A stretch of 62,598 bases of DNA, the filler included. It is 7 parts of 7 records of this genome, joined end to end, with 100 filler letters (N's around TTAATTAATTAA, not from the genome) between each part and the next. Parts side by side here need not be neighbours in the genome. Positions count along the whole stretch, not along the records: positions 1 to 10,503 come from DRR723986_9654; 6 more parts are not named here. One strand, written 5' to 3'. Shown piece after piece: positions 1 through 9,668 of this stretch. Both the position numbers and the translations under genes were made by a program. The notes beneath the pieces are model-generated. The model was not told the DNA's origin, made no database searches, and was given only the letters and a program-made list of their open reading frames with translations. Numbering within the stretch: position 1 is the first letter of the stretch; each line of letters starts with the position of its first letter.

Positions 1-25
1 CCCCTGCAAAAACGGGGGGATTACA
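1..25 (-). mobile_element. Probable IS terminal inverted repeat (IS3-family-like) interrupting the integrase
   Basis: Minus strand reads TGTAATCCCCCCGTTTTTGCAGGGG. A 5'-TG start followed by a C-run and T-run resembles IS3-family ends. It begins where integrase-like sequence stops, and the sequence ends here. Confidence 0.5.
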
Positions 26-1939
26 AGGGCACTTCTTCCGCTTGAGTTCCACGTTGAAATGGGTGCGAAGCGAGTGGAAGTCCCGGCGCGGATCGTAGAA
101 GCCTTCCTTTATGCGATAGTGGCCGAAGGTCTTCGTGAAGGTTCCCGAAAGGCGTCCTTTGGCGGCGCACCTTTCGATCTCGGGGAACAGCCACTCCTGG
201 CCCTTGCGACGGCATTCCTCGACATACCTGAGGAGGCCGAGTTCGATCAGGTTCTTGTGTATCGGCACGATGCGGTGACGTGTGCCGCTCTTGATATGCT
301 GACCTTCTCCGCATTGGATACGGAAGATCGGGATCCCTGCGATGGTATCGAAGTCATCGGTCTTCAGCTGCAGGGCTTCCTCTTCACGCATTCCGGAATG
401 AACGGAGATCAGCGTCGGCCAGAACACGTCATGCATCTGTGCTCCGGACGGGACGGGCGCGGTGAAGGCCGTGGTATTTAGGAGATCGGCAAGCTTGTCT
501 CCCCAGGGCAGGCGCTTCATGTCCTTTTCCTCGGCTTTCAGCCGGTCCAGCTGCTTCGTTGTCCAGATGACCCCCTTCATGGCGTTCACGGGCGCTGCGC
601 CGTCATCGGCCGCCAGGCGGAAGACGAATTGGATCGCCTGCATGTGGCGGTAGACGGTCGCGACGCGAACCCGCTCGACCCTTGCCCGTGCGAGCCGCTG
701 CTCGGCATCGCCGCGATTGAGGCCAAGTTCCGCGATCTCGTTCTCGGCGATGATCAGGTTGCGCGCTTCCTCGGCCTCGGCCTCGTCGATGATCGTGTAG
801 AGGCCGGGCGAGTCGCTGCTCTTATGGTGGTTCTTCGGCATGGCGCAGAGGAGGGCGCGGAACTCGAGCAGCTTGTCCTTGGTATAGAAGGACATCGGTC
901 GATCCCCATGGGCTTCGATGAAGAGCTTCTTCGTCGAGCTCCAGTTGCCGAGGTTGTTGACGTGCCAGCCGGGGAGCTCTTCCTGCTTCAGGGCTATGGC
1001 GTCCTCGAACCACTCGCTGAACTTCTTCTCCGCGGTCAGCAGCTCATCAGGTGCCACCGGTGACTCCGCTTGCTGCTGTGGCGCAACGCGGGACGGAACG
1101 GGAGCCCGATCCGGAACATCGCGCGCGCGGGGAGCTTCCTCCGGCGCGGGTGCGGCTTGCGTCGTCGACACGACCGCTTGCATCACCGGTTCGGCGACGG
1201 TCCCGTCGAGGGGTCCGTTTCCGGACGAGCGATGACTGGGATGGGCGATCGTTCCGGAGGCCGAGCCGGACGTCCGCACGGCAGAGGACGCGGTGGGCGG
1301 GGCGGGCGGCAAATCATACTGCGCGGCCGACGACAGCGGGTGGCCTGCGTGACCCGGTGCGCAGCCGATGGAGGATGCGAGGCGCGAGTCCGTGCGGTAG
1401 ATTCCCTGTTCACGGTGAATGTTCTCGTCGGCGACCTGGATCAGGGCGCGGGCCGCCCGCCGCGCCGCACGCGACCAGTCCTCGCCGCCGGGTTCGACAG
1501 GCAGCCCGAGACGATCGAGCGTCCGAGACAGGGGCGCCGAGACGGCCGCATAGTCATTGTAGACGAGGGCGGCCCGCATGGTTTCGCGGGTGGCTTCATG
1601 CAGCCGGACGGCAGCGGCGACGGCCTCGGGGCCGCGCGGCCCGCAGGTCTCCCGGAGCGCTTCGGTGGCGGCCACCTCGAAGCGCATCAGGTCGTCGACC
1701 ATGCAATCCAGCTGTCTTTCGTCGAGCATGTCCGCTCCGCACATCTCTATCAGTCCGATGAGATCGTCGGTGAAGCGGGCTGCTACCGCAGCCCGTCGCC
1801 GCGCCTCGGAGATGAAGTGCGTTCGAAGCGAAAAACAAAAAAACGGTTTCGAGTAGAAATCTTGAGCGATGGCCGGGACGCGGCGGCGGAACACGAGAGT
1901 CGCGCCCCTGCGAATGATGTAGGTTGGGTGTGCGGCCAT
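2..1939 (-). CDS. Tyrosine recombinase/integrase with N-terminal DUF6538-like domain, 3'-truncated
   Basis: Hand translation; it is absent from the ORF track because the frame runs off the edge. N-terminus MAAHPTYIIRRGATLVFRRRVP...FSLRT, then a long P/A/S-rich linker. Catalytic motifs HSGMREEEALQL (R), IKS (K), IVPIH and DFHSLRTHF (HxxR) are present. The final H/W and catalytic Y are not seen. Confidence 0.9.
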   Translation of the reverse strand, partial: MAAHPTYIIRRGATLVFRRRVPAIAQDFYSKPFFCFSLRTHFISEARRRAAVAARFTDDLIGLIEMCGADMLDERQLDCMVDDLMRFEVAATEALRETCGPRGPEAVAAAVRLHEATRETMRAALVYNDYAAVSAPLSRTLDRLGLPVEPGGEDWSRAARRAARALIQVADENIHREQGIYRTDSRLASSIGCAPGHAGHPLSSAAQYDLPPAPPTASSAVRTSGSASGTIAHPSHRSSGNGPLDGTVAEPVMQAVVSTTQAAPAPEEAPRARDVPDRAPVPSRVAPQQQAESPVAPDELLTAEKKFSEWFEDAIALKQEELPGWHVNNLGNWSSTKKLFIEAHGDRPMSFYTKDKLLEFRALLCAMPKNHHKSSDSPGLYTIIDEAEAEEARNLIIAENEIAELGLNRGDAEQRLARARVERVRVATVYRHMQAIQFVFRLAADDGAAPVNAMKGVIWTTKQLDRLKAEEKDMKRLPWGDKLADLLNTTAFTAPVPSGAQMHDVFWPTLISVHSGMREEEALQLKTDDFDTIAGIPIFRIQCGEGQHIKSGTRHRIVPIHKNLIELGLLRYVEECRRKGQEWLFPEIERCAAKGRLSGTFTKTFGHYRIKEGFYDPRRDFHSLRTHFNVELKRKKCPCNPPVFAG

Positions 1940-2043
1940 GTGTGCGACCCTTTCGCGACTCTTGTGTCGCAGGATGTGTCGCACAACGACTCCTGACCTA
2001 TTTCTCGATCAAGATCGTTGATTTCGCTTAATTTTTTGCGAAT

Positions 2044-2060
2044 TGGCTCCGGCGGTAGGG
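2044..2060 (-). other. att-site remnant: duplicated 3' end of a tRNA (probably tRNA-Asn)
   Basis: Minus strand CCCTACCGCCGGAGCCA is a T-arm 3' side plus acceptor stem plus CCA, matching Rhodobacteraceae tRNA-Asn as I recall it. No 5' tRNA half is adjacent. It lies about 100 nt upstream of an integrase. Confidence 0.7.
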
Positions 2061-2634
2061 GCCGGAGCGTCAATCGTAACGCACTGAAATTTCGACACTT
2101 TCTTGGAGCGACTCCTGTCCGACTCCGCAGTGAGACAGCGAATGTGCCGTAACCTGTGCCAGCTGGCAAGGCCCGGAATCGCCACCTCGCCAATATCCGA
2201 CGCAGTCGTGTATCGATGGCAGCTCACCAATAGGTAAGCTGAGCTCGCGGCGGTCAGACCGGCTCACTTGTGACAGGAAGCCCGCCTCCTTGCTCGAGGA
2301 AGCCGCGACGGCGATTTCCAAGCCGGGAACAGGCGTGATAAAGGCGGAGATCTCCGGAGCGCTGGGGCCAGTTCCAAGAAGCGAACATCGTGCGGCAAGG
2401 CAGCTGGAAAGCCCGTCATTTGCCCTTCACGCACCCGTTCTACACATGAAACCAAGTTCAACGCCCCCCCAAGTTAAGCAAATTGAAACCACCTTCCCAC
2501 CAAGCTGACCCCAAGCGCAGCCGCGGGTTGCGGTCAGCGATCCTCACCGCTTAACGAGGCCGACTGGGCGATCGGACCGGTGCCGCCAGGGAAACCGTGA
2601 GCTTTCGGTCTCGACCGGCGAGGTCAAGCGATAT

Positions 2635-3705
2635 ATGGTGGAAACACAAGAGGACGAGCACATGACCCAGGGTTTTACCTTCATTGATCTATTCGCCGGA
2701 ATCGGCGGTCTCCGTCGTGCCATGGAAGGGATCGGCGGTCACTGTGTATTCACTTCCGAGTGGGACAAGTTTGCCAGGCAAACCTATGAGGCAAACTATC
2801 GCGACAATCGTCCGATCGCGGGAGATATCCGCGAGGTCGATGCTACAGAAGTTCCGGAACACAATGTTCTGTGCGCAGGATTTCCCTGCCAGCCGTTCAG
2901 TCTTGCAGGCGTAAGCAAAAAGAATTCCCTCGGTCGGGCGCATGGATTTCTCGACGAAACACAAGGCACCTTGTTCTTCGACGTGATCAGGATTCTTCGC
3001 CATCACCGTCCGGAAGCGTTCATGCTGGAGAACGTCAAGAACCTGCGCAGCCACGACAAGGGGAAGACCTTTGCCGTCATAATCGGGGCACTCGAAGAAC
3101 TCGGCTATGAGGTCAAAGCAGAGGTTATTGATGCTCAGCACTTCGTGCCGCAACACCGTCAGAGGATCGTTCTGGTAGGGTTTCTTGGCGAGTCAGGCTT
3201 CAGCTTTGAGGACCTGAAACTCCCGGAGAAAGGGACCTCACGACTGAAGACCATTCTCCACCCTGAAGACGGGACGGAAGCCCCGGAGGGGCACTTTACT
3301 TTAGGTCCCGACGCAAAAGTGAACCCGAAGTATACCCTGACTGACCATCTCTGGAAATATCTTCAGGATTACAAAGCAAAGCACACGAAGGCAGGCAATG
3401 GTTTCGGATGCTCTGTCTTCGGCCCCAATGATATTGCGCGGACTCTTTCTGCCAGATATCACAAAGACGGTTCTGAAATTCTGATCGAGCAGGACGGGCG
3501 AAATCCGCGTAGGCTTACCCCGAGAGAATGCGCGCGCTTGATGGGGTATGATGACGACTTCAAGATCCCAGTCAGTGACACCCAAGCATATCGCCAGTTC
3601 GGCAATTCAGTTGCGGTTCCGGTGTTTGAGGAAGTTGCACGCGTAATGGCACCGCATATTACAGCTGCCTTGGATGCCCGCCCAGAGGAGGCTGGCGCTG
3701 CCTGA
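2635..3705 (+). CDS. dcm: DNA (cytosine-5)-methyltransferase, Dcm/M.EcoRII-like
   Basis: Motifs FAGIGG (I), GFPCQPFS (IV), ENVKNL (VI), QHRQR (VIII), [13 protein letters not shown] and [14 protein letters not shown] (IX/X). The start may be the ATG at 2662. Confidence 0.95.
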   Translation: MVETQEDEHMTQGFTFIDLFAGIGGLRRAMEGIGGHCVFTSEWDKFARQTYEANYRDNRPIAGDIREVDATEVPEHNVLCAGFPCQPFSLAGVSKKNSLGRAHGFLDETQGTLFFDVIRILRHHRPEAFMLENVKNLRSHDKGKTFAVIIGALEELGYEVKAEVIDAQHFVPQHRQRIVLVGFLGESGFSFEDLKLPEKGTSRLKTILHPEDGTEAPEGHFTLGPDAKVNPKYTLTDHLWKYLQDYKAKHTKAGNGFGCSVFGPNDIARTLSARYHKDGSEILIEQDGRNPRRLTPRECARLMGYDDDFKIPVSDTQAYRQFGNSVAVPVFEEVARVMAPHITAALDARPEEAGAA

Positions 3706-4165
3706 CGTCCACGACAAACAAACACGCAGTCGCAATATGGCTGCTATCCGCAGCAAGAATACCAAACCGGAAATGCTGATACGCCGCGGGCTACACGCTC
3801 GCGGCTTTCGATTCCGTCTTCACCAAAAATCGATACCAGGGACGCCCGACATAGTGCTTCGTCGATTTAGCGCGCTTATCGACATTCGAAGCTGTTTTTT
3901 CCACGGTCACAACTGCAACCTGTTTCGGATGCCCACCCAGCGGAGGGAATTCTGGGAAAGGAAGATCGAAGGAAACCGGCAGCGCGACCAGAGAAATCTC
4001 AATGCTCAGAAGGCCGCTCAGTGGCGCGTGGCAGTCGTCTGGGAGTGCAGCCTGAAAGGCCCGGACCGGATTGGACCAGAGTCGGTGGTTGACATCCTTT
4101 CAGAATGGCTCTCAACCTCAGGGACATTTCTGGAAGTCCGGGGGAGTCAGTGTTCACCTCTTTGA
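3674..4165 (+). CDS. vsr: Very short patch repair endonuclease
   Basis: [48 protein letters not shown] and VVWEC. Overlaps the end of dcm. Confidence 0.95.
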   Translation: MPAQRRLALPDVHDKQTRSRNMAAIRSKNTKPEMLIRRGLHARGFRFRLHQKSIPGTPDIVLRRFSALIDIRSCFFHGHNCNLFRMPTQRREFWERKIEGNRQRDQRNLNAQKAAQWRVAVVWECSLKGPDRIGPESVVDILSEWLSTSGTFLEVRGSQCSPL

Positions 4166-5490
4166 AGCGGATGCTGTCCGCAATGAAAGATACAGGGGCG
4201 ACGCGTATCTTTGCCAAGCCGCTCGCACCAAATGATAACTCGAAGAACCAAGTATATCTCGGTGGTGGATTTGAAGCCCTGAACATTATCCCCCATGGGG
4301 AGATCGAAACTGACTATTCGACGCGCGCGGGTTCCGTTCGTCGTAGAGACAAGGCAAAGGTCAATTTCTACTGGATTGACAGCCAAGGCGTCGGTGCTGC
4401 ACCTGAAGCTCAACTGATCCTTTATCCGAAATACCCGGAAGTAAGGATGTCCGGATTCCTGAAGCGGTCGCCGAATGCACCACGAGAGCTGATGGTCAGC
4501 CGAGAGCCCGGGCGTATCATGTTCATCGGAATTTGCCCGGACGGCAGGGTGCTCGGGCACGTCGCAGCCGCCGACTCAGATCTCGCAAGAGCTCTGTCCG
4601 CGGAGACGAACCTTCCCTTTGAAGGCGTGTTCCTCAATCTTACGAGGCTCATATCTGAGACAGGCAAGGACCCGCGCGCTCAGCTTCTGGCGGAGATCTG
4701 CAGGATCAGCCGCGCAGGATGGATTCGAGGGCAGCGGATGTATCCCGACCGTAATATCAGGCCATACGCCGCTCAGAACGCAGGGGGATACACACTGGAA
4801 GCCGAGCTTGGTATCGTTCCAAATGGCAGGTCTGAACCCGACTTTCTTGGATGGGAAGTAAAGCAATACGGCGTCAAAGACTTCGTTAACTTTCGCGCAA
4901 AAAGCGCTGTGACGCTTATGACGCCCGAACCGCAAACGGGTCTCTACCGAGACGATATTGCGGAATTCATGCGGCGGCACGGCTATGATGATAAGAGCGG
5001 GAAACCGGGGCGCAGAAACTTTGGCGGAATCTACAAGAACGGCAGGACTTATACTGATGGAGATCCTTTCCACCATGACACAGGCCTTCGGTTAAATATT
5101 GAAGGCTTCGATATCGCGACAGGAAAAGTGACCGACATGGATGGAGGAATAGAACTGGTCGACAGGAACGATGCCGTTGCCTCATCGTGGTCGTTCAAAG
5201 GGTTGCTCGACCACTGGAACAGGAAGCACAATCAGGCCTGCTACGTGCCTTCGCTCGCCCAAGGCAGCCCAAAAGAATACAGCTTCGGGCATCTCGTTCA
5301 ACTCGGATCGGGGACAGATTTCCTGATGTTCATGAAGCTTGTTGGGGCCAGAATCCTCTACCTTGATCCGTCGTTCAATATGCAGAATGGTCGAATACAG
5401 CGCCCGCGACATCAGTTTCGCGTCAACCACAGAGATCTGCCGCGCCTGTATCGTAGTTTCGATACGGTGGATGTTTCAAGCGTTTGCTGA
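4150..5490 (+). CDS. MvaI/BcnI-family restriction endonuclease with an extra N-terminal domain
   Basis: C-terminal half has GYTLEAELGI-PNGRSEPDFLGWEVK (PD-(D/E)xK, MvaI/BcnI pattern) and VTLMTPEP. GTG at 4150 follows a GGGAG RBS. Adjacent to dcm-vsr. Confidence 0.85.
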   Translation: MFTSLKRMLSAMKDTGATRIFAKPLAPNDNSKNQVYLGGGFEALNIIPHGEIETDYSTRAGSVRRRDKAKVNFYWIDSQGVGAAPEAQLILYPKYPEVRMSGFLKRSPNAPRELMVSREPGRIMFIGICPDGRVLGHVAAADSDLARALSAETNLPFEGVFLNLTRLISETGKDPRAQLLAEICRISRAGWIRGQRMYPDRNIRPYAAQNAGGYTLEAELGIVPNGRSEPDFLGWEVKQYGVKDFVNFRAKSAVTLMTPEPQTGLYRDDIAEFMRRHGYDDKSGKPGRRNFGGIYKNGRTYTDGDPFHHDTGLRLNIEGFDIATGKVTDMDGGIELVDRNDAVASSWSFKGLLDHWNRKHNQACYVPSLAQGSPKEYSFGHLVQLGSGTDFLMFMKLVGARILYLDPSFNMQNGRIQRPRHQFRVNHRDLPRLYRSFDTVDVSSVC

Positions 5491-5742
5491 TTTTCACTCG
5501 TCGAACTCAATTTGTTCGGCAAGATCGTGAGCTGCGTCCGGTAGGTCGTAGCTGAAGTTCTTCTCAAATTGTCGACGGCCGACCGTCCGCAATGGCCAAG
5601 TTGTGTGCCGCCACCGACACGCGCCAGTTGTGTGTATGCTTACGCGTTACTAAGCCCCACGATGCCGCGCAAGGTCCGAATACAATGTTGATTTTTCGCT
5701 CAGAAGAGAGAATGCTACTTTCAACTTTAACGGGAGGGTGCT

Positions 5743-7515
5743 TTGCATCATATTTCAGAAGTTAGAATTCAGAACTATAAATCTATATCGAACGGGACGT
5801 TTCCATTATCTCATTACACGCCTCTGGTTGGCTATAACAATGCCGGGAAAACAAATATCATACGCGCCGTCGCATGGGTTATCAGGAAATACAGCCTACC
5901 AGTCGAAGACTTCCATCGAAACGATCAACCGGTCATAGTTGAGGCTGAGATTGCGGGGATTACAGAGGAGGTCCTTGTTGCGATTGGGGGCGCACACAGA
6001 GGACGTATAGAGCCACTGGTAGTAAACGGTGGTATACGCATCCGACGCACTCAACCAACCCCCGGACAGAGTGTGTCTGCGATAAGGCTGGAAGTGCTTC
6101 AGCGCGACGAGGAATCTGAGGAGTGGGTGCCAAACCCAGCAGGCATTGATGCTGCAATAGGGGCGCTGTTCCCAGACCCAATCTTCATTGGGGCCATGGA
6201 GAACGCCACCGAGGATGTAGGGAAGTTTGGGAGTAACACCACGATCGGAAAGCTTCTGAAAGAGATTATGGCACCGGTTATTGAGAGGCATACTCCCACC
6301 GTGGCCGACGCACTTCAGAATATCGGGCAACAGCTTTCAGCTAATGCAGAAGATAAAGATGAAACGCTCGTTGAACTCGATGGACGTATCCAAGGAGAAC
6401 TTTCCAAGCTTTTTCCTGGTGTCTCCGCCAAGACTCACATTCCCCTGCCGCAGTTCGCCGATTTCATGAAAGCTGCGACGATCCGCATATTCGAGGATGG
6501 CTATGAGGACCCAGTAGGGCGTGATGCGTCATCTTTCGGTCACGGTGCTCAAAGGGCTATTCAGATCGCACTGGTCAAATGTTTGGCCGAGGTCAAGAGG
6601 GCGGCAGGCGGCGATGCTGGTAGGACAACGCTCCTCCTAATCGACGAACCTGAGCTCTACCTTCATCCGCAAGCCGTAGAAGTTGTTCGATCCGCCCTGA
6701 AACGCTTGTCGAGCGACGGTTACCAAGTTCTCATTACAACGCATTCTGCGAACATAATTTCGAGCTCAGACGCCCCAAATGCATTATTGGTCAGAAGGGC
6801 GGTAGCTGATGGCACGCAGTGCTACCCTCGAATCAAGGATGTTGTCAGAGAAGCTATTGAGAATGCCGAGCATCAGTCAGAGACGCTCTTCGCTCTGTCG
6901 AACTCGAGCAAGATTCTATTCTCAGAACGCGTTGGTATTATAGAAGGCAAGACCGAGCGCACAATTCTACCTACGATCTTTTCTGAAGAAACCGGAATTA
7001 CACCCGACGAAGACAAGATTGGTTTGGTGGATATTGGCGGCACCCCCAACATTCCGGACGCGTTGACAGTTCTTAACGCTATGGGAGTTCCAACCAAAGC
7101 GATCGTCGATCTCGACTTCGCGTTCAGAATTGCACCGACAAAGAATCTGATCGACCCAGCCCATGCGGATATCGCCTCATGTAAAGAGGTTCTCGCTCGG
7201 CTTCGTGACGCCGGCGAAATTTCTCTCGATGCAGCGGGCCTTCCTATGCATCACAACGGCGTTCCGGCCGCCGCTGCTTTTGAGCGACTTGCAGATGATC
7301 CGGTCGCAAGCGCAAGTATAGCGCGGCTGCATGATGAGCTGAGAGACCGTGGTATCTGGATGTGGCCGCGGGGAGCGATAGAGGCCCACCTTGGCATAGG
7401 CAAGACGCCTGGCGCTCGACGGTCGTTTTTGGCAAACCTCTCCACGCCCGGTTTCAAAGACACTTTGCCTGAGTATGAAACGGTGCGGCTTGCGATTGCT
7501 TGGCTACGCGAATGA
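5743..7515 (+). CDS. OLD-family ATP-dependent nuclease (ABC ATPase + TOPRIM)
   Basis: IQNYKSI, Walker A GYNNAGKT, signature-like GHGAQR, Walker B LLLIDEPE, H-loop ITTHS, TOPRIM IIEGKTE and DxD (DLD). Confidence 0.9.
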   Translation: MHHISEVRIQNYKSISNGTFPLSHYTPLVGYNNAGKTNIIRAVAWVIRKYSLPVEDFHRNDQPVIVEAEIAGITEEVLVAIGGAHRGRIEPLVVNGGIRIRRTQPTPGQSVSAIRLEVLQRDEESEEWVPNPAGIDAAIGALFPDPIFIGAMENATEDVGKFGSNTTIGKLLKEIMAPVIERHTPTVADALQNIGQQLSANAEDKDETLVELDGRIQGELSKLFPGVSAKTHIPLPQFADFMKAATIRIFEDGYEDPVGRDASSFGHGAQRAIQIALVKCLAEVKRAAGGDAGRTTLLLIDEPELYLHPQAVEVVRSALKRLSSDGYQVLITTHSANIISSSDAPNALLVRRAVADGTQCYPRIKDVVREAIENAEHQSETLFALSNSSKILFSERVGIIEGKTERTILPTIFSEETGITPDEDKIGLVDIGGTPNIPDALTVLNAMGVPTKAIVDLDFAFRIAPTKNLIDPAHADIASCKEVLARLRDAGEISLDAAGLPMHHNGVPAAAAFERLADDPVASASIARLHDELRDRGIWMWPRGAIEAHLGIGKTPGARRSFLANLSTPGFKDTLPEYETVRLAIAWLRE

Positions 7516-7638
7516 TCCGAACCGCACGAATGGAAATTTATCTATGTCCTACGTTTCGGAGTGGTTCGAGACACAAGCCACGCCGCCTTAATACAGAAGG
7601 ACACGAACGCAGTCACAACAACAAACGTCGCCGCCTGT

Positions 7639-8328
7639 TCACCCATAGTTTGCGTCGACAGCGAGATAACGACACTTTGGTGGAGGGGAAAAACGCTGCC
7701 CTTTGAGCGGCCCCTCCACAGCTATCAGTGAATACTTGCGAGCACGTGGTGCTCGATGAATCCGATAGGTCGTGTTAATCGCTTCGGGGACGAGATTGCT
7801 ATGCTGTTCTGGGCAGAGGCGCAGCAGGCGACCGTCCTGCAAGTCACATGGGAGGAGAATCCCAACTGCGCGGGCCGAATCTCGTGCTTTCCGGCGTGCG
7901 GTGGAAGCCAGCTTCCGCTCCCTCAAGGCGTTCTTCAGATTATCGAGATAAGCAGATGTCATATTCAAGCGCTCATGAGCGGAGCAACCGGTGTGGCTCG
8001 CAACGCGATGGAAATGCTGTCTTAGAAATTCAGCTATGTGCATTCCCAGCAAGAGAGGATCAGCCACAAGGTGATCGAGAAAGGCAACATTGTTTTCGGG
8101 TGTTCTCAGATCGTCACCTGCAAGCGATGTCAACTCGAGCGGACCGGTAGGGATATCTTTCCTGACCAAATGATGCCGAACAAGCAAGCGCGTTTTCTTC
8201 TCTTCATCCTCAAAGCAGCTCAAACCGAGAACATGGCGTCGACCGCCGCGGTCGAAGATATAGATCGAGTGAATATACCACTTTTTCGGGTCCTTCTCGA
8301 TTGCGTGAAATTCAATGTTTTTTGGCAT
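7639..8328 (-). CDS. Hypothetical protein (about 229 aa, orphan)
   Basis: Open frame directly downstream of the helicase and co-oriented with it. The start MPKNIEFH at 8328 avoids overlap. No motif recognised. Confidence 0.6.
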   Translation of the reverse strand: MPKNIEFHAIEKDPKKWYIHSIYIFDRGGRRHVLGLSCFEDEEKKTRLLVRHHLVRKDIPTGPLELTSLAGDDLRTPENNVAFLDHLVADPLLLGMHIAEFLRQHFHRVASHTGCSAHERLNMTSAYLDNLKNALRERKLASTARRKARDSARAVGILLPCDLQDGRLLRLCPEQHSNLVPEAINTTYRIHRAPRARKYSLIAVEGPLKGQRFSPPPKCRYLAVDANYG

Positions 8329-8393
8329 GGGTGATGTTTCCGTTCTTACGTCGTGTTCGTTCGCAATGGTCTCAAGCGCAGTCCCAGGCAGAT

Positions 8394-9494
8394 TTACAGT
8401 TTTCGGAGAGAGCTGGGGCCGCTTTGGCTTGTAAGCCGCCAATCCTGGCCGGCCTTCTCGATTATGGGCGATTTCTGTCCGGACAGACGGGTGAGCACGC
8501 GGCGGATTGTTGCCATACGATTGTCCTCCGACATCGGTCCGAAAATCTCCGGTGGAACGCTCATAAGAATATCGCGCGCCTTGAACGGGTCGGTGCCGCG
8601 GGCGCCCATCAGGCGGCGGATATGGAGAGCGGTCAGGACCGCGGTGTCATACTTTGACGTAGCGCTCCGGTTGTTTGTGCTATCTTGCTCCAACGGTTTG
8701 CTGCTCTCGATGGCCACAACGGTGGTGCGGTTTTCGCCATCCTCATCCTGGCCCAGGATGAAAGGTTTGGTTTCGAAGTAGTGCGCTTCGCCTTTCTGCA
8801 TGGACCTTTGCTTTTCGTGGTTAACCCTGACGATCGCCCCCTTTTGGGGGTAAAGCGAAATCTCGGTATCCACGGCTCCTCGCAGCGCTGAGCTCCCGCG
8901 ACCACCCCGTTCGGCGTCCTTGCCTGTGTGATGAACAAGCATCACATGGGCATTGAGTTCGCGAGCGATGTAACCTGCGCTATCGGCGATGCCAGTCATC
9001 GCGCCGGCACAATTTTCATCGGCTGCTCCGATGGAACGCGCCAACGTGTCGAACACGATCAGGACGATCGGCTGGCTGCAATCGCGGCGCAGCTGCTCAA
9101 GCTCGGCGACGAAGTTGTCGACTTGGTTCCGCATGGATAGGTCAACAGGCTTCATGCGCACGATATAAGGAAGTGCTCCGGTAGCACCGCGCAAATCGAA
9201 AGCATGCATGCGATCCAGCACCGATTCCGGAGCTTCGGCTCCGACATGGAGAACGATGCCTTGGCGCACCCTGGCCCCGAAGAAGGGTTGGTGGGTGACG
9301 ATACAGTTCCCGAGGTGACAAACCAGCGCCGACTTCCCCGAGTTGGACGGGCCGAAGAGCACGGAAGTCTCACCCCGCCGCAGCCACCCCTTCGCGGCGT
9401 AATTCCAGTTGAGGTTCGGGGTGTGGGCCCTGGCGTCCCGGTAGAGGTCATCGAAATCGAGAGGGGCTGCGGGGATCGGATGGATGTTCTGCAT
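8394..9494 (-). CDS. RepA-like SF4 replicative helicase (AAA_25)
   Basis: Walker A GPSNSGKS, Walker B LIVFDTLAR, and VHHTGKD..RGGRGSSALRGAVD typical of RSF1010 RepA-type helicases. Confidence 0.88.
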   Translation of the reverse strand: MQNIHPIPAAPLDFDDLYRDARAHTPNLNWNYAAKGWLRRGETSVLFGPSNSGKSALVCHLGNCIVTHQPFFGARVRQGIVLHVGAEAPESVLDRMHAFDLRGATGALPYIVRMKPVDLSMRNQVDNFVAELEQLRRDCSQPIVLIVFDTLARSIGAADENCAGAMTGIADSAGYIARELNAHVMLVHHTGKDAERGGRGSSALRGAVDTEISLYPQKGAIVRVNHEKQRSMQKGEAHYFETKPFILGQDEDGENRTTVVAIESSKPLEQDSTNNRSATSKYDTAVLTALHIRRLMGARGTDPFKARDILMSVPPEIFGPMSEDNRMATIRRVLTRLSGQKSPIIEKAGQDWRLTSQSGPSSLRKL

Positions 9495-9616
9495 TTTTGC
9501 CGTCCTTCATGGCTGATTGTGAGATTGTCCGTCTCGCGGACAGTCCGGAAATAGGTCCGGCCGGTGGACGTCGGAAAACCGAAACAAGAAAAAGATTAGT
9601 CGGTCAGGCATCTCGC

Positions 9617-9668
9617 CCGGCGGACATACAGACACCCCCTGAAGGGGGAGTGTCTGTATGTCCGCCGG
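9617..9668. repeat. Perfect 19-bp inverted repeat, candidate replication origin hairpin
   Basis: CCGGCGGACATACAGACAC (9617-9635) and GTGTCTGTATGTCCGCCGG (9650-9668) flank CCCCTGAAGGGGGA. Lies between the divergent helicase and HTH genes. Confidence 0.85.

Noticed and set aside
59-1996. Several plus-strand ORFs (59-481, 629-1063, 1051-1761, 1070-1996)
   Set aside because: Antisense shadows of the minus-strand integrase, with no motifs.
2070-2508. Short ORFs between the att remnant and dcm
   Set aside because: No motifs or clear RBS, and they overlap on both strands; probably non-coding or decayed sequence.
5743-9494. OLD nuclease + helicase as a Gabija system
   Set aside because: The helicase is RepA/SF4-type, on the opposite strand and not adjacent. 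Gabija needs a co-transcribed UvrD-like GajB.
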